Notes: generated by a model not told the origin, from the sequence alone. A stretch of 64,000 nucleotides of DNA from Elainellaceae cyanobacterium (GCA_051117335.1 JBNPEB010000035.1:67-64066); one strand, 5' to 3'. Positions 46,594-60,000 are shown, numbered from the stretch's first letter. A program made the numbers and translations.

Positions 46594-47667
46594 ATGGATC
46601 TGGTCACGCTGCAAAACTGGCTCGACAACACATCATTTGCACTGTTATTTGCCACGATGTTGGCATATTGGGGAGGCGCAGCATTTCCTCGAATTCCGTA
46701 CCTCTCAACTTTGGGGACGACCGGAATGGCGATCGCCAACTTGTGCATTGCAGCGCTCTTAGGTGCGCGATGGCTTGAGGCAGGCTATTTCCCGCTCAGC
46801 AACCTATACGAATCACTGTTTTTTGTCGCATGGGGCATTACAACCCTGCATCTGGTTGCAGAAAATATGAGCCAGAGTCGCTTGGTCGGCGTCGTCACGG
46901 CTCCCGTTGCGATGGCAATTACGGCATTTGCAGCCTTGTCGTTGCCCGCTCAGATGCAGGCTTCCGAGCCCCTCGTGCCTGCCCTCAAATCTAACTGGTT
47001 GATGATGCACGTCAGCATCATGTTGATTAGCTACGCCGCCCTCATGGTGGGGTCGCTGCTGTCTGTGGCGTTTCTAGTTGCCACGCGCGGACAATCGGTT
47101 GAGTTGCGTGGCAGCTCGGTTGGAACGGGGGCATTTCGCGATCGTCGATATCGAGTGTTGCAGTCTAATGAACCCGCTGCTATCTCCTCAACAGATTCCC
47201 TGTCTTCATCATTGGCATCTGATCCCCAGGTTCTAAACGCACCACCACAGCCCAATGGAGCCACAGCCGTCCTAGAAGCAACTCATCCGGTTGCCGTAGC
47301 GCATTCGTCAGTTTCTGCCTCTACCGAGATCCTATCGCCGCAACGTTTAACCCTTGCTGACACGTTGGATAATGTCAGCTATCGAATTATTGGACTTGGA
47401 TTTCCGTTGTTAACGATTGGTATCATTGCCGGAGCCGTGTGGGCCAATGAAGCCTGGGGATCTTACTGGAGTTGGGATCCCAAGGAAACTTGGGCACTGA
47501 TTACGTGGTTGGTGTTTGCCGCTTATCTGCACGCTCGCATCACTCGCGGCTGGCAGGGTCGACGCCCTGCAATACTCGCTGCCTCTGGCTTTGTGGTCAT
47601 TTGGGTGTGCTATTTAGGGGTCAATCTCTTAGGGAAAGGGCTGCATAGCTATGGGTGGTTTTTCTAA
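46594..47667 (+). CDS. ccsA: cytochrome c biogenesis protein CcsA (also annotated CcsB), system II
   Basis: [37 protein letters not shown]. Confidence 0.95.
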   Translation: MDLVTLQNWLDNTSFALLFATMLAYWGGAAFPRIPYLSTLGTTGMAIANLCIAALLGARWLEAGYFPLSNLYESLFFVAWGITTLHLVAENMSQSRLVGVVTAPVAMAITAFAALSLPAQMQASEPLVPALKSNWLMMHVSIMLISYAALMVGSLLSVAFLVATRGQSVELRGSSVGTGAFRDRRYRVLQSNEPAAISSTDSLSSSLASDPQVLNAPPQPNGATAVLEATHPVAVAHSSVSASTEILSPQRLTLADTLDNVSYRIIGLGFPLLTIGIIAGAVWANEAWGSYWSWDPKETWALITWLVFAAYLHARITRGWQGRRPAILAASGFVVIWVCYLGVNLLGKGLHSYGWFF

Positions 47668-47704
47668 CATCCCGCGACATGTTTGTGACGGTTGAGCAAT
47701 CGCC

Positions 47705-48778
47705 ATGCCCCATCTAGCCAAATGGACTGATTTGCACGCGCGACTGCATCGGGCTATTCGGCAACGTCATCTTCTAGAACCGCGTCAGTGCCTTTTAATA
47801 GCGGTATCAGGGGGGCAAGATTCGCTCTGCTTAATGCAGCTTTTAATAGACCTCCAGCCCAAATGGAACTGGCATTTGGCGATCGCCCACTGCAATCATC
47901 GCTGGCATCCTGAGGAGGATCACGTTGCCGAGTATGTGGCAACCCTAGCTCAACAACGACATCTTCCCTTCTACAGCTCAACATCGGCCCAGATTGACCG
48001 GCGTGAGGCCGCAGCGCGGCAGTGGCGCTATCAAGAATTAACTCAAATCGCCCAGAATCACGGCTATACGGCGGTTGTTACCGCTCACACCATGAGCGAT
48101 CGCGCTGAAACAGTCCTCCACAACCTGATCCGTGGAAGCGGAACAGACGGCTTGCAGGCGCTAGACTGGCAACGAAATTTAGCTCCCCGTGTGATGCTGG
48201 TGCGACCGTTGCTAGACATCACGCGGGCTGAAACGGAAAGATTTTGCCAATCTCGACACCTTGCTATTTGCGTTGATCCATTCAATCAAGATCCGCGCTA
48301 TACCCGAAGTCGAATTCGCCACGATCTGATCCCTCATTTGAAAGCGCAGTTTAATCCTCAAATTGAGTTAGCGCTTCACCAAACTGCGGAAATATTACGG
48401 GCGGAGGCTGATTATCTTTCGACTCAAGCCGATGCCGTATTTCAGCGAGCGATCGCGCCTAGAGAGCCGCCCCTATTTGAGCCCCAAGAATCATCAGATG
48501 AACCGCTCAATCATAAATTAACTCCGCCGTTGCAGATCAACCGCATCGTGCTGCAAACGGTTCCACTTGCGCTTCAACGACGCGTCATGCGCCGATGTCT
48601 GCACGCTATTCTGCCTAGCGCTCCCAACTTCGACCACATCGAAAAACTGACCGCGCTCATCTCTGCCCCCCATCGCACTCAGAGCGATCCATTCCCAGGA
48701 GGAGCGATCGCCCGAGTCGATCAGGATTGGATCATCTTTGAAGACTTGCAGCAGACCGATATCAACCGTCGTTCTTAA
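47705..48778 (+). CDS. tilS: tRNA(Ile)-lysidine synthetase
   Basis: AVSGGQDS PP-loop, AH..SDRAET, RPLL, R..IRH. Confidence 0.95.
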   Translation: MPHLAKWTDLHARLHRAIRQRHLLEPRQCLLIAVSGGQDSLCLMQLLIDLQPKWNWHLAIAHCNHRWHPEEDHVAEYVATLAQQRHLPFYSSTSAQIDRREAAARQWRYQELTQIAQNHGYTAVVTAHTMSDRAETVLHNLIRGSGTDGLQALDWQRNLAPRVMLVRPLLDITRAETERFCQSRHLAICVDPFNQDPRYTRSRIRHDLIPHLKAQFNPQIELALHQTAEILRAEADYLSTQADAVFQRAIAPREPPLFEPQESSDEPLNHKLTPPLQINRIVLQTVPLALQRRVMRRCLHAILPSAPNFDHIEKLTALISAPHRTQSDPFPGGAIARVDQDWIIFEDLQQTDINRRS

Positions 48779-48810
48779 TACGGCCAAATACGGCTAACGC
48801 GCTCCATGCC

Positions 48811-50565
48811 TCAGGATGCTGCTAGTTCAGGAGACGGGTTGTCAGTCAACTGCTGGACTTGCTGCTGCATTTCATGGATGGCCTGCAGCTGGTAATCTCC
48901 TGACTCCTGAAACTGAGCAATCAAGTTGGCGATCGCCTCTAGTTTTTCCTTGAGACCGTTTAGATTATCCTGAATCGGTTGCAAGACATCTCGATACGCA
49001 TTGACCTTGCCCCATAATTCAGCCAGCGCCGCGCTCTTCGACTTCCACTCCTGCTCAAACTGCTTGAGCTCGGCCAAAACCGACTCTTGAGCAGTCGCTT
49101 TCTGCTGGACTTGCTCTTCCGTCTCAACGACCGATCCCTGCATCTGCTGGACCTGTTCTTCAAGCTTTTGCAATTCTTGAGACTGATGCTGTCGAATCGA
49201 ATCAATTTGGCGCAGAAGGGGTTCCATGTTGATATCGCTTTGCTGACCATCGTCTAGAGGTAGGCCCTGACGACGAGCCAAAATAATCTTGTGCTGCTTG
49301 AGAACCGCCTCACGCTCTTGGAGGTTTCGACGTTGTCCTACTAACGTCTCGTTCAGCATCCGATAGCTCTCTTGCTCATCTGCAAGCTGAGTTTCCAAGC
49401 TTAGACGATCATATTCACTAGCCTGCTGGATCTGAGCGCGGAGTTTTTCAATTTCCTCTTGCTGTAGATTTAGCTCTTCTTCTTGACTGCTGACAAAGCG
49501 AGAATTTTTCTCAAGCTCTTGCTGCAATTCAGTGACGGTTGTTTGCAGAGTTTCTAGCTGCATTTGCTCTAAGGCATTCACGTCAACTTTTGCAACAGGT
49601 CCTGTGCCTGATGTCTCTGCAAGATAGCGGGCCTGTTCGTATAAATCGGTCTGTTGCTGAACGTGAGATGACAGTGCCCGAATCGCATCTTGCTTCGCCT
49701 CAAGCGCGCTCTTTTGTCGACTCAATTCAGCCTGCGTGTGTTCCAAAATCTCTTGATCCTGGTGCCATTGATGCCAACGATCTTGCAAATCTTGGGATTG
49801 CCCGTCGACCTCACCTTGCATCTGTTGAGCAGACGATTGCTGCTCTTCGAGATTTTGCCAGTGTTGATTAAGCGCCTCTTGTTGCTGAGAGACGATCTCA
49901 AACGATGTATTAAGCTGTTCTCGAATTGAATCAGTGGGGGCAACGGTGCTGGAAATTCGGTGGAGCAATTCTTGAATATGTTGGGCTTGGGAATCATCTA
50001 GGCCAGCAGCGTGCTGTATCTGGTCTTGTTGCTCTTCAAAGCGGCGTTTTTCGCCCTCAAGATGTGCCCAAGCGCCTTCAAGTTCTTGCGTCTTACGGGT
50101 AAATTCCTCTTGCAAACGATTGACTTGTTCTTGCGCTACGTCAATTTCTTGGCGCTGCTGCTCCAATCGTTCAAAATCTTCCTCCATTTGTTGAAGCTGC
50201 TCTTGCCGAGCTTCCATCTCCATTTCCCGACGATTTAATTCTTGGCTTTGATACGTCAGAGATTGCTTCCACTGTTCAATTTCTTCTTCTTGAGTTTTAA
50301 ATTTTTCCTGCAATCGGGAGAAATTTTGCAAGATGCTGACGAGTTGACGTCCCGCCTCCGAGTGTCGTTGAACCTGCCTATTGGAAGACAGATCGACCAT
50401 AACTAAGGTGCCGGAGTTGTAGTTCACATCATCGGGGGCCGGAATGCTCTCTTCGCCAACAGCACTCCACGTATTCTCAGCTCGCTGACAAGCTAGGAGT
50501 TTAAATTCGACTTTACTGCTGCCAATAACCCTGCTCTTCTTCTGTACTTCCGCTAAATACAGCAC
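48811..50565 (-). CDS. hmpF: pilus motility taxis protein HmpF (coiled coil)
   Basis: MLYLAEVQK..KLLACQR N-terminus, long coiled coil, divergent from the che cluster. Confidence 0.88.
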   Translation of the reverse strand: MLYLAEVQKKSRVIGSSKVEFKLLACQRAENTWSAVGEESIPAPDDVNYNSGTLVMVDLSSNRQVQRHSEAGRQLVSILQNFSRLQEKFKTQEEEIEQWKQSLTYQSQELNRREMEMEARQEQLQQMEEDFERLEQQRQEIDVAQEQVNRLQEEFTRKTQELEGAWAHLEGEKRRFEEQQDQIQHAAGLDDSQAQHIQELLHRISSTVAPTDSIREQLNTSFEIVSQQQEALNQHWQNLEEQQSSAQQMQGEVDGQSQDLQDRWHQWHQDQEILEHTQAELSRQKSALEAKQDAIRALSSHVQQQTDLYEQARYLAETSGTGPVAKVDVNALEQMQLETLQTTVTELQQELEKNSRFVSSQEEELNLQQEEIEKLRAQIQQASEYDRLSLETQLADEQESYRMLNETLVGQRRNLQEREAVLKQHKIILARRQGLPLDDGQQSDINMEPLLRQIDSIRQHQSQELQKLEEQVQQMQGSVVETEEQVQQKATAQESVLAELKQFEQEWKSKSAALAELWGKVNAYRDVLQPIQDNLNGLKEKLEAIANLIAQFQESGDYQLQAIHEMQQQVQQLTDNPSPELAAS

Positions 50566-51643
50566 GCTGATGTTCCTCTTTCGTGTCTATGCCTGATATC
50601 AAGATAAGCTTTTTGTCATTGAGTTCGTCGTCTGCATCCAGTTTAAGGAGACAATGCTCAACTAGACAATATTCGTAGAGAGGGTCTACCCAGAGCTGAT
50701 CGAAAATCAACCGGCTGTGGTCAATCATATCTTTACATTAAAGAAACCCTCGATATCGATGACAAGACTCATCGACGAAACCCCGGTTCGCTCTATTCAC
50801 TCATAGATCACCATCCTTCAAGATCGTTAAGCTAGTTAAGCTGAATCACACATGAGTCGCGCCTTTATCCTTCAGAGCTGACAGCCTGACATCATTTTCT
50901 ATCCATTAAGATTCTGACGAAAAACGACTCAATCAAGTTCATTGCGTTTTATTAGCGATGACCCTCGTTTAGGCGATTCTCAAAATTTTTCAAAATTTGT
51001 AGATGTTTATTCTGATGGCGATCGCCCAAAACTTCATCTGGGCATCATTATACGAACAAAGCGCTGCTTGGCAGGCAAATATTCGATTGGTTCACCAGTA
51101 GGGACCTCTAAGTTTTGCTAACACATCGTGTAAACATCGTGTAAGCACCGAGTCTGCACATTAACCACCTGAGGCTAATGGTGATACTCACTCTGTTCTA
51201 AATTCCCAGGATAATCCAGTGGGTGAGTGAATCGGTGCCTTGATGCGAAATTATTCGGAATTATACGGTGAAATCATGAAACCTGTTGCTCCTGATCGAT
51301 GCAAAACAATGTTTGATTCAATTAAAACTAACTCGATTTATCGATTCAAATTGCGCAAATTGAACTTATAGGTTCATCTATTGGAAAAGAAGATATGTTA
51401 AGCAATCCGGGATGGAGCTATCACCAATTCAGATTCACCGTAGATTGGTAGTGATAAAAGCTGTTTTACTGAGGCGGCTTCAAGAGAGTTATAGTGTATG
51501 ACATGTCAGTGAATTCTTGCTAATTGAAGTGTTTGAATTGAACGCTAATATCCACAGCCATGGGTGCATCCACGTCATAATTTAACTGTAATTTTAGACA
51601 ATCGGGCAGATGTCTAAGTAATTAGAGAGAGTGATTTAACTAC

Positions 51644-52945
51644 ATGCAGGGCGAGCTGAACGAAATAGACATTCGCAGTATTTTGCAGCTCATTGAGTTA
51701 GGACAACGTACCGGTGAGCTATTTGTCGAAGCCTACAGCCCTCCTAGAAGGCTCCTGGGTGGCGATCGCTCATCTAATTTGCCGCTGACTCGCTCTTCGT
51801 GGTTCGTTTTCTTCCTCAACGGAAAAATCATTTATGCGGGCGAAAACAGCGGTAATCTAGCTCGATTAAACGATTATTTACGCCGCTATCAGGTTCAAAA
51901 TGACTTAAGTGAGATTAACGTCTCATCCATCGCTACGGTCAACGCCCCCGAATACGGACATTTGTGGGCATTGTTAGAAAATCATGTGCTGACGCCGGCT
52001 CAAGGACGAACTATCATCCAAAGCATGGTTCACGAGACGCTATTTGACTTGCTGAGTCTGCACCAAGGCTCGTTTATTTTTGAAATTAGCCCGCCGCTGA
52101 CGCCTCAGCTCACCACGCTAGAAATCAGCTCGTTGGTGGGCACAATTATGACGCAAATCCAAGCATGGAAACAGCTTCATCCCCTCATTAAATCTCCAGA
52201 CCAATGTCCGGCGATCGCCCATGCAGAGCGGTTACGGGAAAATTTGAAAGAGAGCACCTTCAACGCTCTAGATCGTTGGGTCGATGGAAAAACGTCGATT
52301 CGGCAAATGGCCCGCTATCTCAATCGCGACATTCTGGCGATCGCAAAAGCTCTATATCCTTACGTTCAGCGAGGGTATGTCCACATTCACTATCCCCTCT
52401 CCGAAACCGCAATTCCGTCACCATCAGCGCTAGAGCATTCGAATTCGCCCAACCCCCCCCAGATTGTCTGCGTTGACGATGGAGCAACCATTCGCAAAGG
52501 CGTGGAATACATCCTAAATCAGCGAGGCTACCGCGCCACCGCAATTGGCAACCCATTAGATGCCTTCAGCCTCGTTTTCCATCTCAAGCCCGACCTGATT
52601 TTTTGCGATATTGCGATGCCCGAGCTTGACGGATACGAAATTTGTGCTATGCTCCGCCAATCCAAGGCATTTCGACAGACTCCAATTATCATGTTGACGG
52701 GGAAAGACGGATTTATAGATCGGCTTAAAGCTCGTATTGTTGGCGCAACTGACTATCTCACTAAACCCTTTGGAGAACAAGAACTGCTTACACTAGTTGA
52801 GAAATATGCGGGGCGAGGCAGCCTCGATAGGTCTCAAATACCGTCTAAAACTGACAAACTACTAGCAGAACCCCTAGAAGATGAGTTAGAAATTGATATT
52901 CCTGAATCTGTTAAGCCGTCTGAGTCTTACAGCAGTGCGCCATAA
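51644..52945 (+). CDS. PatA-type response regulator (DUF4388/PATAN plus receiver; HmpA/PilG-like)
   Basis: MQGELNEIDIRSILQLIELGQRTG N-terminus and C-terminal REC. Confidence 0.9.
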   Translation: MQGELNEIDIRSILQLIELGQRTGELFVEAYSPPRRLLGGDRSSNLPLTRSSWFVFFLNGKIIYAGENSGNLARLNDYLRRYQVQNDLSEINVSSIATVNAPEYGHLWALLENHVLTPAQGRTIIQSMVHETLFDLLSLHQGSFIFEISPPLTPQLTTLEISSLVGTIMTQIQAWKQLHPLIKSPDQCPAIAHAERLRENLKESTFNALDRWVDGKTSIRQMARYLNRDILAIAKALYPYVQRGYVHIHYPLSETAIPSPSALEHSNSPNPPQIVCVDDGATIRKGVEYILNQRGYRATAIGNPLDAFSLVFHLKPDLIFCDIAMPELDGYEICAMLRQSKAFRQTPIIMLTGKDGFIDRLKARIVGATDYLTKPFGEQELLTLVEKYAGRGSLDRSQIPSKTDKLLAEPLEDELEIDIPESVKPSESYSSAP

Positions 52946-53035
52946 ATTCCTTTATCCTAGTCCTACACGATCATATAGAGAATGAATTGTTAAACATCTT
53001 TCCCGTTCGCATATGCGGTTAACAGGCAGGCAGTT

Positions 53036-53401
53036 ATGAGTACAGTTCTTGTTGTGGAAGATAGCATGACCCAACGGGAGATGATTACCGACCTTCTCAA
53101 GGGAAGTGGTCTTAACGTAACCGTGGCTAGTGACGGCATTGAGGCATTAGAGTACATCAAGGGGCACTGTCCCGATTTAGTCGTATTAGATATTGTCATG
53201 CCTCGAATGAACGGATATGAAGTGTGTCGTCGCTTGAAGGCTGACCCCAAAACCCAAAACGTACCGGTTGTAATGTGTTCGTCAAAGGGAGAAGAGTTCG
53301 ATCGCTACTGGGGAATGAAGCAAGGCGCAGATGCCTACATTGCTAAACCCTTTCAACCTACTGAATTGGTGGGCACGGTCAAACAACTTTTGAGAGGATG
53401 A
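53036..53401 (+). CDS. hmpB: CheY-like response regulator (HmpB/PilH-like)
   Basis: Single receiver domain with DIVMP and KPF. Confidence 0.85.
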   Translation: MSTVLVVEDSMTQREMITDLLKGSGLNVTVASDGIEALEYIKGHCPDLVVLDIVMPRMNGYEVCRRLKADPKTQNVPVVMCSSKGEEFDRYWGMKQGADAYIAKPFQPTELVGTVKQLLRG

Positions 53402-53422
53402 GTTTTGTGAAAAAGGTTAGGC

Positions 53423-53956
53423 GTGATGGTCGGTAATCCAGATTTCTTAACAAATAAAGGGCAAGAGCAGGTTCCGGAATTTCAAGAATTAGAAAGTCCG
53501 GAAGGTGAATTGCACCTTAGATTTTTTACCTCCTCCGGGGATGAATTTGCTCTGCCCGCAACCGGGATTCGTGAAGTGATTTCGCCATCCCCCGAACGGG
53601 TCACACCGATCCCGAACATTTCTCCTCTGCTTTTGGGTACCCTCAACGTGCGAGGACGGGTGATTTGGGTCGCTGACCTCGGTCAGTTTCTCGGAGACGC
53701 GACCCCGTTAGGAACCGATCGCTCAGAGATTCCGGTCATCGCTGTCGAAGACCAAGATATGATGCTGGGTTTAGCGGTCGATCGCATTATCGGAATGGAT
53801 TGGCTTGATATTGATGAGGTGCAAATGCCAACAAATGTACCCGATGGAATGGCTCCTTTTCTAAGAGGAGAATGGATATCTGAAGAGCCTTCAGATCGCT
53901 ACCTTCGCTTGCTAGACCAAGTCGCAATTCTTCGGTCGGCACGGTGGGCGGCATAG
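53423..53956 (+). CDS. hmpC: CheW-like adaptor (HmpC/PilI-like)
   Basis: GTLNVRGRVIWVADL, GLAVDRI. Confidence 0.88.
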   Translation: MMVGNPDFLTNKGQEQVPEFQELESPEGELHLRFFTSSGDEFALPATGIREVISPSPERVTPIPNISPLLLGTLNVRGRVIWVADLGQFLGDATPLGTDRSEIPVIAVEDQDMMLGLAVDRIIGMDWLDIDEVQMPTNVPDGMAPFLRGEWISEEPSDRYLRLLDQVAILRSARWAA

Positions 53957-53999
53957 ATGTATAACTCGATAGAATACTCGCACAGGCGGGAGAGAGCAA

Positions 54000-56858
54000 A
54001 TGGGACCAGGCACTGACTACGCACAAGAATATCAACAGGCTGAACGCGCCTACATGTTGGGCAACTACGAGGAGGCAGCTCAAATCGTTGATCGATTATT
54101 AGAGAGTCATTCTGATGATCTAAACGTGCAGCTGTTGAGAGGACATATCTATTGTTACGGGTTGCAGCGATACGATATTGCCCGTGATCAATATCAGTCA
54201 GTATTGGATATGACCTCAGAACCCGAGTATGTAGACTATGCCAACAATGGGTTAGCCTATGCCAGCCAGTTTGGTGTCGATAATGGAGGGTTTGAGGAGT
54301 CCCATGAATTCTCCGAGGAGTCAGATGGCGAATGGCAGGATTTAGCGAATGCTGATTTAGGAGACGATGCTAATTTTTCAGGGTCTAATTTAGAATCAGC
54401 GAGTGAGCCTGCACTTGAGCAGTCCTCAAATCAAATGCGATCTACGCTTGACCAAAATGATTTCTTTATTGATGGCAACGAGGCATTTGCCGACGATCCG
54501 TTTGCTCTTGATGAAGACGCATCTGATCCGTCAGAATCCACACCATCCGCCGAACCCCTTGACGATCCGTTTTCATTTGATCAGTCATTTGAGGACGATC
54601 AACCCGAGGCCTCTGCTGACGACTCCCCATTTAATGCCGATTTAAATTTTGATCAGTCTCTTTTCTCAGAGTCTCTAGAGGATCTCGACGAGTCTTCCTA
54701 TTCATCTCCATCTGAAACGCGAGATGCGACCTTAGCAGATGAGATGTTTGCCTATGGTTCTGACAGCGCATCGACAGCTCCGCATGAAGCTCAGCGCGAC
54801 AATGACGAAGAAACTCTCTTTATGGGCGGTGTCGATGAGTTTGACATAGCAGCAGACGATTTTGATGCCAATCTCGATTCGTCACCCGACTACTACGCCT
54901 CCGATTATTCTGATGCTGAGTCAAATTATTCGGATTCCGCATCGAACTATGATGAATCCGAAATGCAATCCTCCTACGGAGATCAAGGCGAGCAGACATT
55001 CGTCTCTGAAAGTGGATCAGAATTTGACTTCGATAGCCTTGATGATATCGACCATGATGGTCTTTCGACGAGCGATGAACCTGCATTTCAACAATCATCA
55101 AATGCGCCTAGTCATGATCGAAGTAGCAGTGTCGATTTCTTAGATGAGTTCGATGAGTTTGACGATCTAGGAAGCTTGCCTGATTTTGATTTGTCAGATA
55201 ACTCGGCTGGTTTTACAAGTCCAACGGTGGGTTCAGGGTTTGGGCCGTCTAGCGATGATTCTATCCCTGATGATGAGGTCGGATTTGACACAGATGAATT
55301 TGTAGATCAGTCTATTATTCGGGAAGAAGAAATTTTTAGCATTTCAGGGACGGCCGATCAACTGCCAACGTTTGCTCAGTCGGGCACCCGGAGTGGCGAA
55401 CAGCCAGAGGTCATGGTTGAGCAAGGATGGCTTGCGCCTCTTGAAAATGCATCGATGACTGCCAAACGAGTGATCATCGCCGGAGTGACAGGCGTTGTCT
55501 CTGCGATCGCGGTTGCCGTGGTGAGCTACGGTGCGGCTAGCGTCTTTGCCGATCAACAACAAAAGAGCGCTGTTGCCAGAACAGGGGGCATCATGGCGGT
55601 TGCTGCCGGGTTAACGAGTTTTGGGGCGGCATTCGCCCTCGGTCAGGCCGCCTTTCGACCGATGCAAAAAACGACAGATGATTTGCATTCGCAATTTGAA
55701 GCAGTGTCACGTGGGAATCTCAACGCTCAGGCTACCGTCTATTCAGAAGATGAGTTTGGTAAGCTCGCCAACGAGTTTAATCAGATGGCGCGCATCATTC
55801 TGACAACCACGAGTGAGGCACAGCGCAAAGCAGAAGAGCAAGAGCAGGCGAAGGAAGACCTACAGCGTCAAGTGATTCGACTGCTAGACGATGTAGAAGG
55901 AGCTGCTCGTGGTGATTTGACGGTGCAGGCCGAAGTCACGGCGGACGTGCTTGGAGCCGTCGCAGACTCATTCAACCTGACGATTCAAAACCTGCGGGAA
56001 ATCGTGTTGCAAGTTAAACAAGCGGCGCGGCAAGTGAGTAAGGGATCAGCAGAAAATGAAATCTTTGCGCGATCGCTCTCATCGGATGCGCTTCGCCAAG
56101 CGGAGGAGCTAGCCGTCACACTCAATTCGGTGCAGGTGATGACCAACTCGATTCAACGAGTCGCAGAGAGCGCTCGTGAGGCAGAAGAGGTGGCTCGCTC
56201 GGCATCTGCAACGGCTCTTAAAGGGGGTGAGGCGGTAGAACGCACCGTATCGGGCATCTTGGAGATTCGCGAAACGGTGGCAGAAACCACGCGTAAAGTA
56301 AAACGCCTAGCCGAATCGTCCCAAGAAATCTCCAAGATTGTCGCATTAATTTCGCAGATTGCATCTCGAACCAACCTGCTTGCCTTAAACGCCAGTATCG
56401 AGGCTGCCCGAGCCGGAGAAGCGGGTCGTGGTTTTGCGATCGTCGCCGATGAAGTGCGCCAGCTCGCCGATCGAGCGGCAAAAGCATCGAAGGAAATTGA
56501 GCAAATTGTGTTGCAGATTCAGAGTGAGACGGGGTCTGTGATGACTGCGATGGAAGAAGGCACCCAGCAGGTGATTGAAGGGACTCGACTTGCAGAACAG
56601 GCGAAGCGATCGCTTGAAGATATCATTCAGGTTTCTAATCGAATTGACGTGCTAGTACGCTCAATTACCGCTGATACCGTCGAACAAACCGAGACCTCTC
56701 GCGCCGTTGCCCAGGTTATGCAATCGGTTGAGCTGACAGCTCAAGAGACCTCTCAAGAAGCCCAACGAGTATCCGGTTCACTCCAAAGTTTGGTGGGCGT
56801 TGCGCGCGATTTGCTTAACTCTGTCGAACGATTCAAAGTGGAGCCCGATACCAAATGA
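54000..56858 (+). CDS. hmpD: methyl-accepting chemotaxis protein with TPR and acidic linker (HmpD/PilJ-like)
   Basis: TPR N-terminus, two TM helices, [34 protein letters not shown]. Confidence 0.92.
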   Translation: MGPGTDYAQEYQQAERAYMLGNYEEAAQIVDRLLESHSDDLNVQLLRGHIYCYGLQRYDIARDQYQSVLDMTSEPEYVDYANNGLAYASQFGVDNGGFEESHEFSEESDGEWQDLANADLGDDANFSGSNLESASEPALEQSSNQMRSTLDQNDFFIDGNEAFADDPFALDEDASDPSESTPSAEPLDDPFSFDQSFEDDQPEASADDSPFNADLNFDQSLFSESLEDLDESSYSSPSETRDATLADEMFAYGSDSASTAPHEAQRDNDEETLFMGGVDEFDIAADDFDANLDSSPDYYASDYSDAESNYSDSASNYDESEMQSSYGDQGEQTFVSESGSEFDFDSLDDIDHDGLSTSDEPAFQQSSNAPSHDRSSSVDFLDEFDEFDDLGSLPDFDLSDNSAGFTSPTVGSGFGPSSDDSIPDDEVGFDTDEFVDQSIIREEEIFSISGTADQLPTFAQSGTRSGEQPEVMVEQGWLAPLENASMTAKRVIIAGVTGVVSAIAVAVVSYGAASVFADQQQKSAVARTGGIMAVAAGLTSFGAAFALGQAAFRPMQKTTDDLHSQFEAVSRGNLNAQATVYSEDEFGKLANEFNQMARIILTTTSEAQRKAEEQEQAKEDLQRQVIRLLDDVEGAARGDLTVQAEVTADVLGAVADSFNLTIQNLREIVLQVKQAARQVSKGSAENEIFARSLSSDALRQAEELAVTLNSVQVMTNSIQRVAESAREAEEVARSASATALKGGEAVERTVSGILEIRETVAETTRKVKRLAESSQEISKIVALISQIASRTNLLALNASIEAARAGEAGRGFAIVADEVRQLADRAAKASKEIEQIVLQIQSETGSVMTAMEEGTQQVIEGTRLAEQAKRSLEDIIQVSNRIDVLVRSITADTVEQTETSRAVAQVMQSVELTAQETSQEAQRVSGSLQSLVGVARDLLNSVERFKVEPDTK

Positions 56859-57068
56859 CCTTTGATGGGTTCTAATGATGGTTGCTAAATAGAGCGATGA
56901 GTTAGGAGGATTTTGCCAAAATAGAGGATGATAGTTTCCAAATTACTCAGCACGTTAGTCGTTATGATGACCCTGCTCTACTCGCGATCGCAGGTTCAGT
57001 TCTTAAAGGTTTCATGAGCGTTATAGTAGATGGGCGAATCGCCCGCAGTATGCAGAAGGGGTACCGCG

Positions 57069-60000
57069 ATGCAGTCAGAACAACAACAGCGGATAATGGG
57101 CTACTTTATTGAGGAGGCTAAAGACCACCTCAATACAATCGAGCAAGGATTGCTGAACCTGCAAAGCACTATTGGCGACTCAGAAATGGCCAGTGAGGTT
57201 TTTCGTGCTGCTCACTCTGTTAAAGGTGGGGCTGCGATGTTGGGACTCGACAGCATTCAGAAAACCTCTCACCGCTTAGAAGACTACTTCAAAGTCTTAA
57301 AAGAATGTCCGATTCAAGTTGACCAAAAGCTCGAAACGCTTCTACTTCGAGTGTTTGATACTCTACAAGATCTTTTAGAACAGCTACAGGGACCGTTTGG
57401 CCTGCCTGCGGACAAAGCTCGCGAGATGATAGAAGATGTAGAGCCAGTTTTCGACGAGCTTAACCAACATCTCAGCGGACTTGTCGAAAAAGCAGGGGTA
57501 AGTCCTCCAGCGGATGTTGATCTCAGTACTCGCCATGCCGTTGCATCTGTAGAGTCTCCTGCATCCACAGTCGCATCATCAAGCCAAGACAATTCATTAA
57601 AGCATTTCTTCCATCATGAGGTGCCGATTAAGCTCCGCGAAATGTTGCAGGTTTTCAAAAATGCTGAACCATCTGCGGGGCGTCAAACTCTAGATTCAAT
57701 GTGCCAACGCTTGAATCAGGCGGGGGCCGACTTTGATCTGCCAGAGTGGAGCAGCTTAATCGATACGACGCGACGGGCGATCGCTCATCCCGATAATAGC
57801 TTCCGCACGCTTGCGCCCATTGTCATCAAAGACTTAAAGCAGGCTCAAGAACTTGTCCTGGCTGATCGAGCTGATACCATTCGCGCAAGTGAGGCGCTGC
57901 TGGAGCTAGCTCCGGCTGCATCTGAGCCCATGTTAGATGATGAGATCGACGAGTTTGATATTGATGCGCTGATGGCTGATGCAGGCGTTGAGTTAGCAAG
58001 CGATGCGCCCGAATTTCTAGATCTTGACTTCACCTCAATTGATCTATCGGATGATCTATCGGATGATCTATCGGATTCGGAAGACTTTAATCTCGCCGCT
58101 GGATCTTCACCTGCATTAGAGGATGATGACTGGTTCACAGAGATCAGCGCTACTCACGATGATGACAACTCTGAAGGCAGTGATTTGCTTGACGAACTAA
58201 ATCCCTCCGACCCTGATGAATCCTCATCGTCTGGGGCTGAGGCAGAGGCATCTGCGGTTTCGTCAACCGGCCAGTCAGACTATCTAGATCCATCTCATCC
58301 CGTTAGCCCGAATGGTCCCGAAGTCGGGATGGCCGAACTCAACAGTCTTGCCGATTTGTTTGAGAATGAAGTTCCTGAACTAGAGATGACATGGCAGGAA
58401 GATGAGTCAACCAGTCGATTTTCAGATGGCTTGTCTGATTCTCTCGAATTTGATGAATCTAACGATTTTTCCGATCTGCTCTTTGATCAAGTCGAGGATG
58501 AGAGCGATCAATCCAATCCGGCAGACGTTCCCGGCGACGATGATATCTCGGATCTGCTCAATCGTTCAGACATCGAAACAAACGACTCCCTTGATACGTC
58601 TGAAGACCTCATCGACCTGTCTGCACTCGATGAGTTGGCAGACTCGCTAGACGCTGTCTTAGAGGTATCAGACTCTGAGCACCCTGATCTGCTAAATTCT
58701 CCAGACGGGGATACATCTCGCCACGATGATAGTGGAGTTCAGCCAGAATCGGCGGAGCCGGTAGTCGATGAATTCAATGCAGACTTTGACAATCTAGGCG
58801 AATTTTTTGACGAACTAGACGCCAATGAACTAGATGCTGATATCGCCTTTGATGAAGATTCGACCTCAAGTGCTGAGCTAGATGATTTAGATGCGTTATT
58901 TGATGAAATCTCTGACGACACTGATTCCCCTCCCTCAGAACCATTCGATCTGCCATCGAGCGAAGCAGACAGTCTTGATTTACCGGATTTAGATTCGAGT
59001 GATTGGGATGTTTTGGGCATAACAGATGACGCTGCATCTCCAGTCGAAGCACCTGATACTCAATCCGATGCAGATTTACTTGATTCTGAGACGGCTCTCG
59101 ATTTCGAATCCGCGCTTTCAGAGGATACGACCGATATTGAAAATCCATTTGAGGCGATCGCCGCTGAAGAGGCACTTGCTCCTTCAGATTCAGCGGCTGA
59201 AGAGTCAGCCAATGATACCGATTTGACATCAGATCTATGGGGCGATCGCCTTGAGGAAGACCCTCATCCAGACAGTAATGGGCCGGGTGACGTTTGGGAA
59301 TCCGGCACCGACTCAGCGGATACCAGCATGGCGGAAGTAGACCATGCGGCTGAGCTTGTGAGTGAGTCTGCGGTGTCAGAGACCGAGGCGACAAGCTTCG
59401 AAGCGGCTGAAGAAGGCCGTGAGGAGATGGCAGAATCAGCAATCTCGCCGGATCATGACATCACTGACGCACTCGATCTCGGTGGATTAGACATCTCAGA
59501 TGACTTCTCACCTGATTCAGATGACCTCTCCGGTGAAGAATTTGCCAATCTCTTTGGCGAGACGGACGCTGATTCAGCGTCAGACACCGCAGCCAGCGCG
59601 GACCATGCGCCCGAATCAGCGTCTGAAGACCTAGACCTAGACGATCTGTTTAGTTCGGATCCATCTGACGCGGATCGCTCCTATGACGGTGACGATTTAG
59701 ATCTGGGTGACAATTTGTTTGACGACAACGATGCACTCGCCTTAGATTTCAATCCAGATCTCGAAAATGTATCGGAGGTTGATGAGGCGATCGCCGGGTT
59801 AGATTCGGATACGACAGGCGATCCCAATCCATTTGATTTAGACGATGTATCGGCTGCGCCTGAGGCAATAGATCCTGAGTTAATTGATGATCCTGAGTTA
59901 ATTGATACAGAACAGCCTGAAGACGCTGACTCCCTCGATGTTGCTGCCGATGAGCTCGATGCCTCACTGTCAATGGCCCCTGAAGCCGGTGATTCTGATC

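Noticed and set aside
50513-50728. 71-aa ORF overlapping the hmpF start
   Set aside because: No recognisable motif; probably leader sequence
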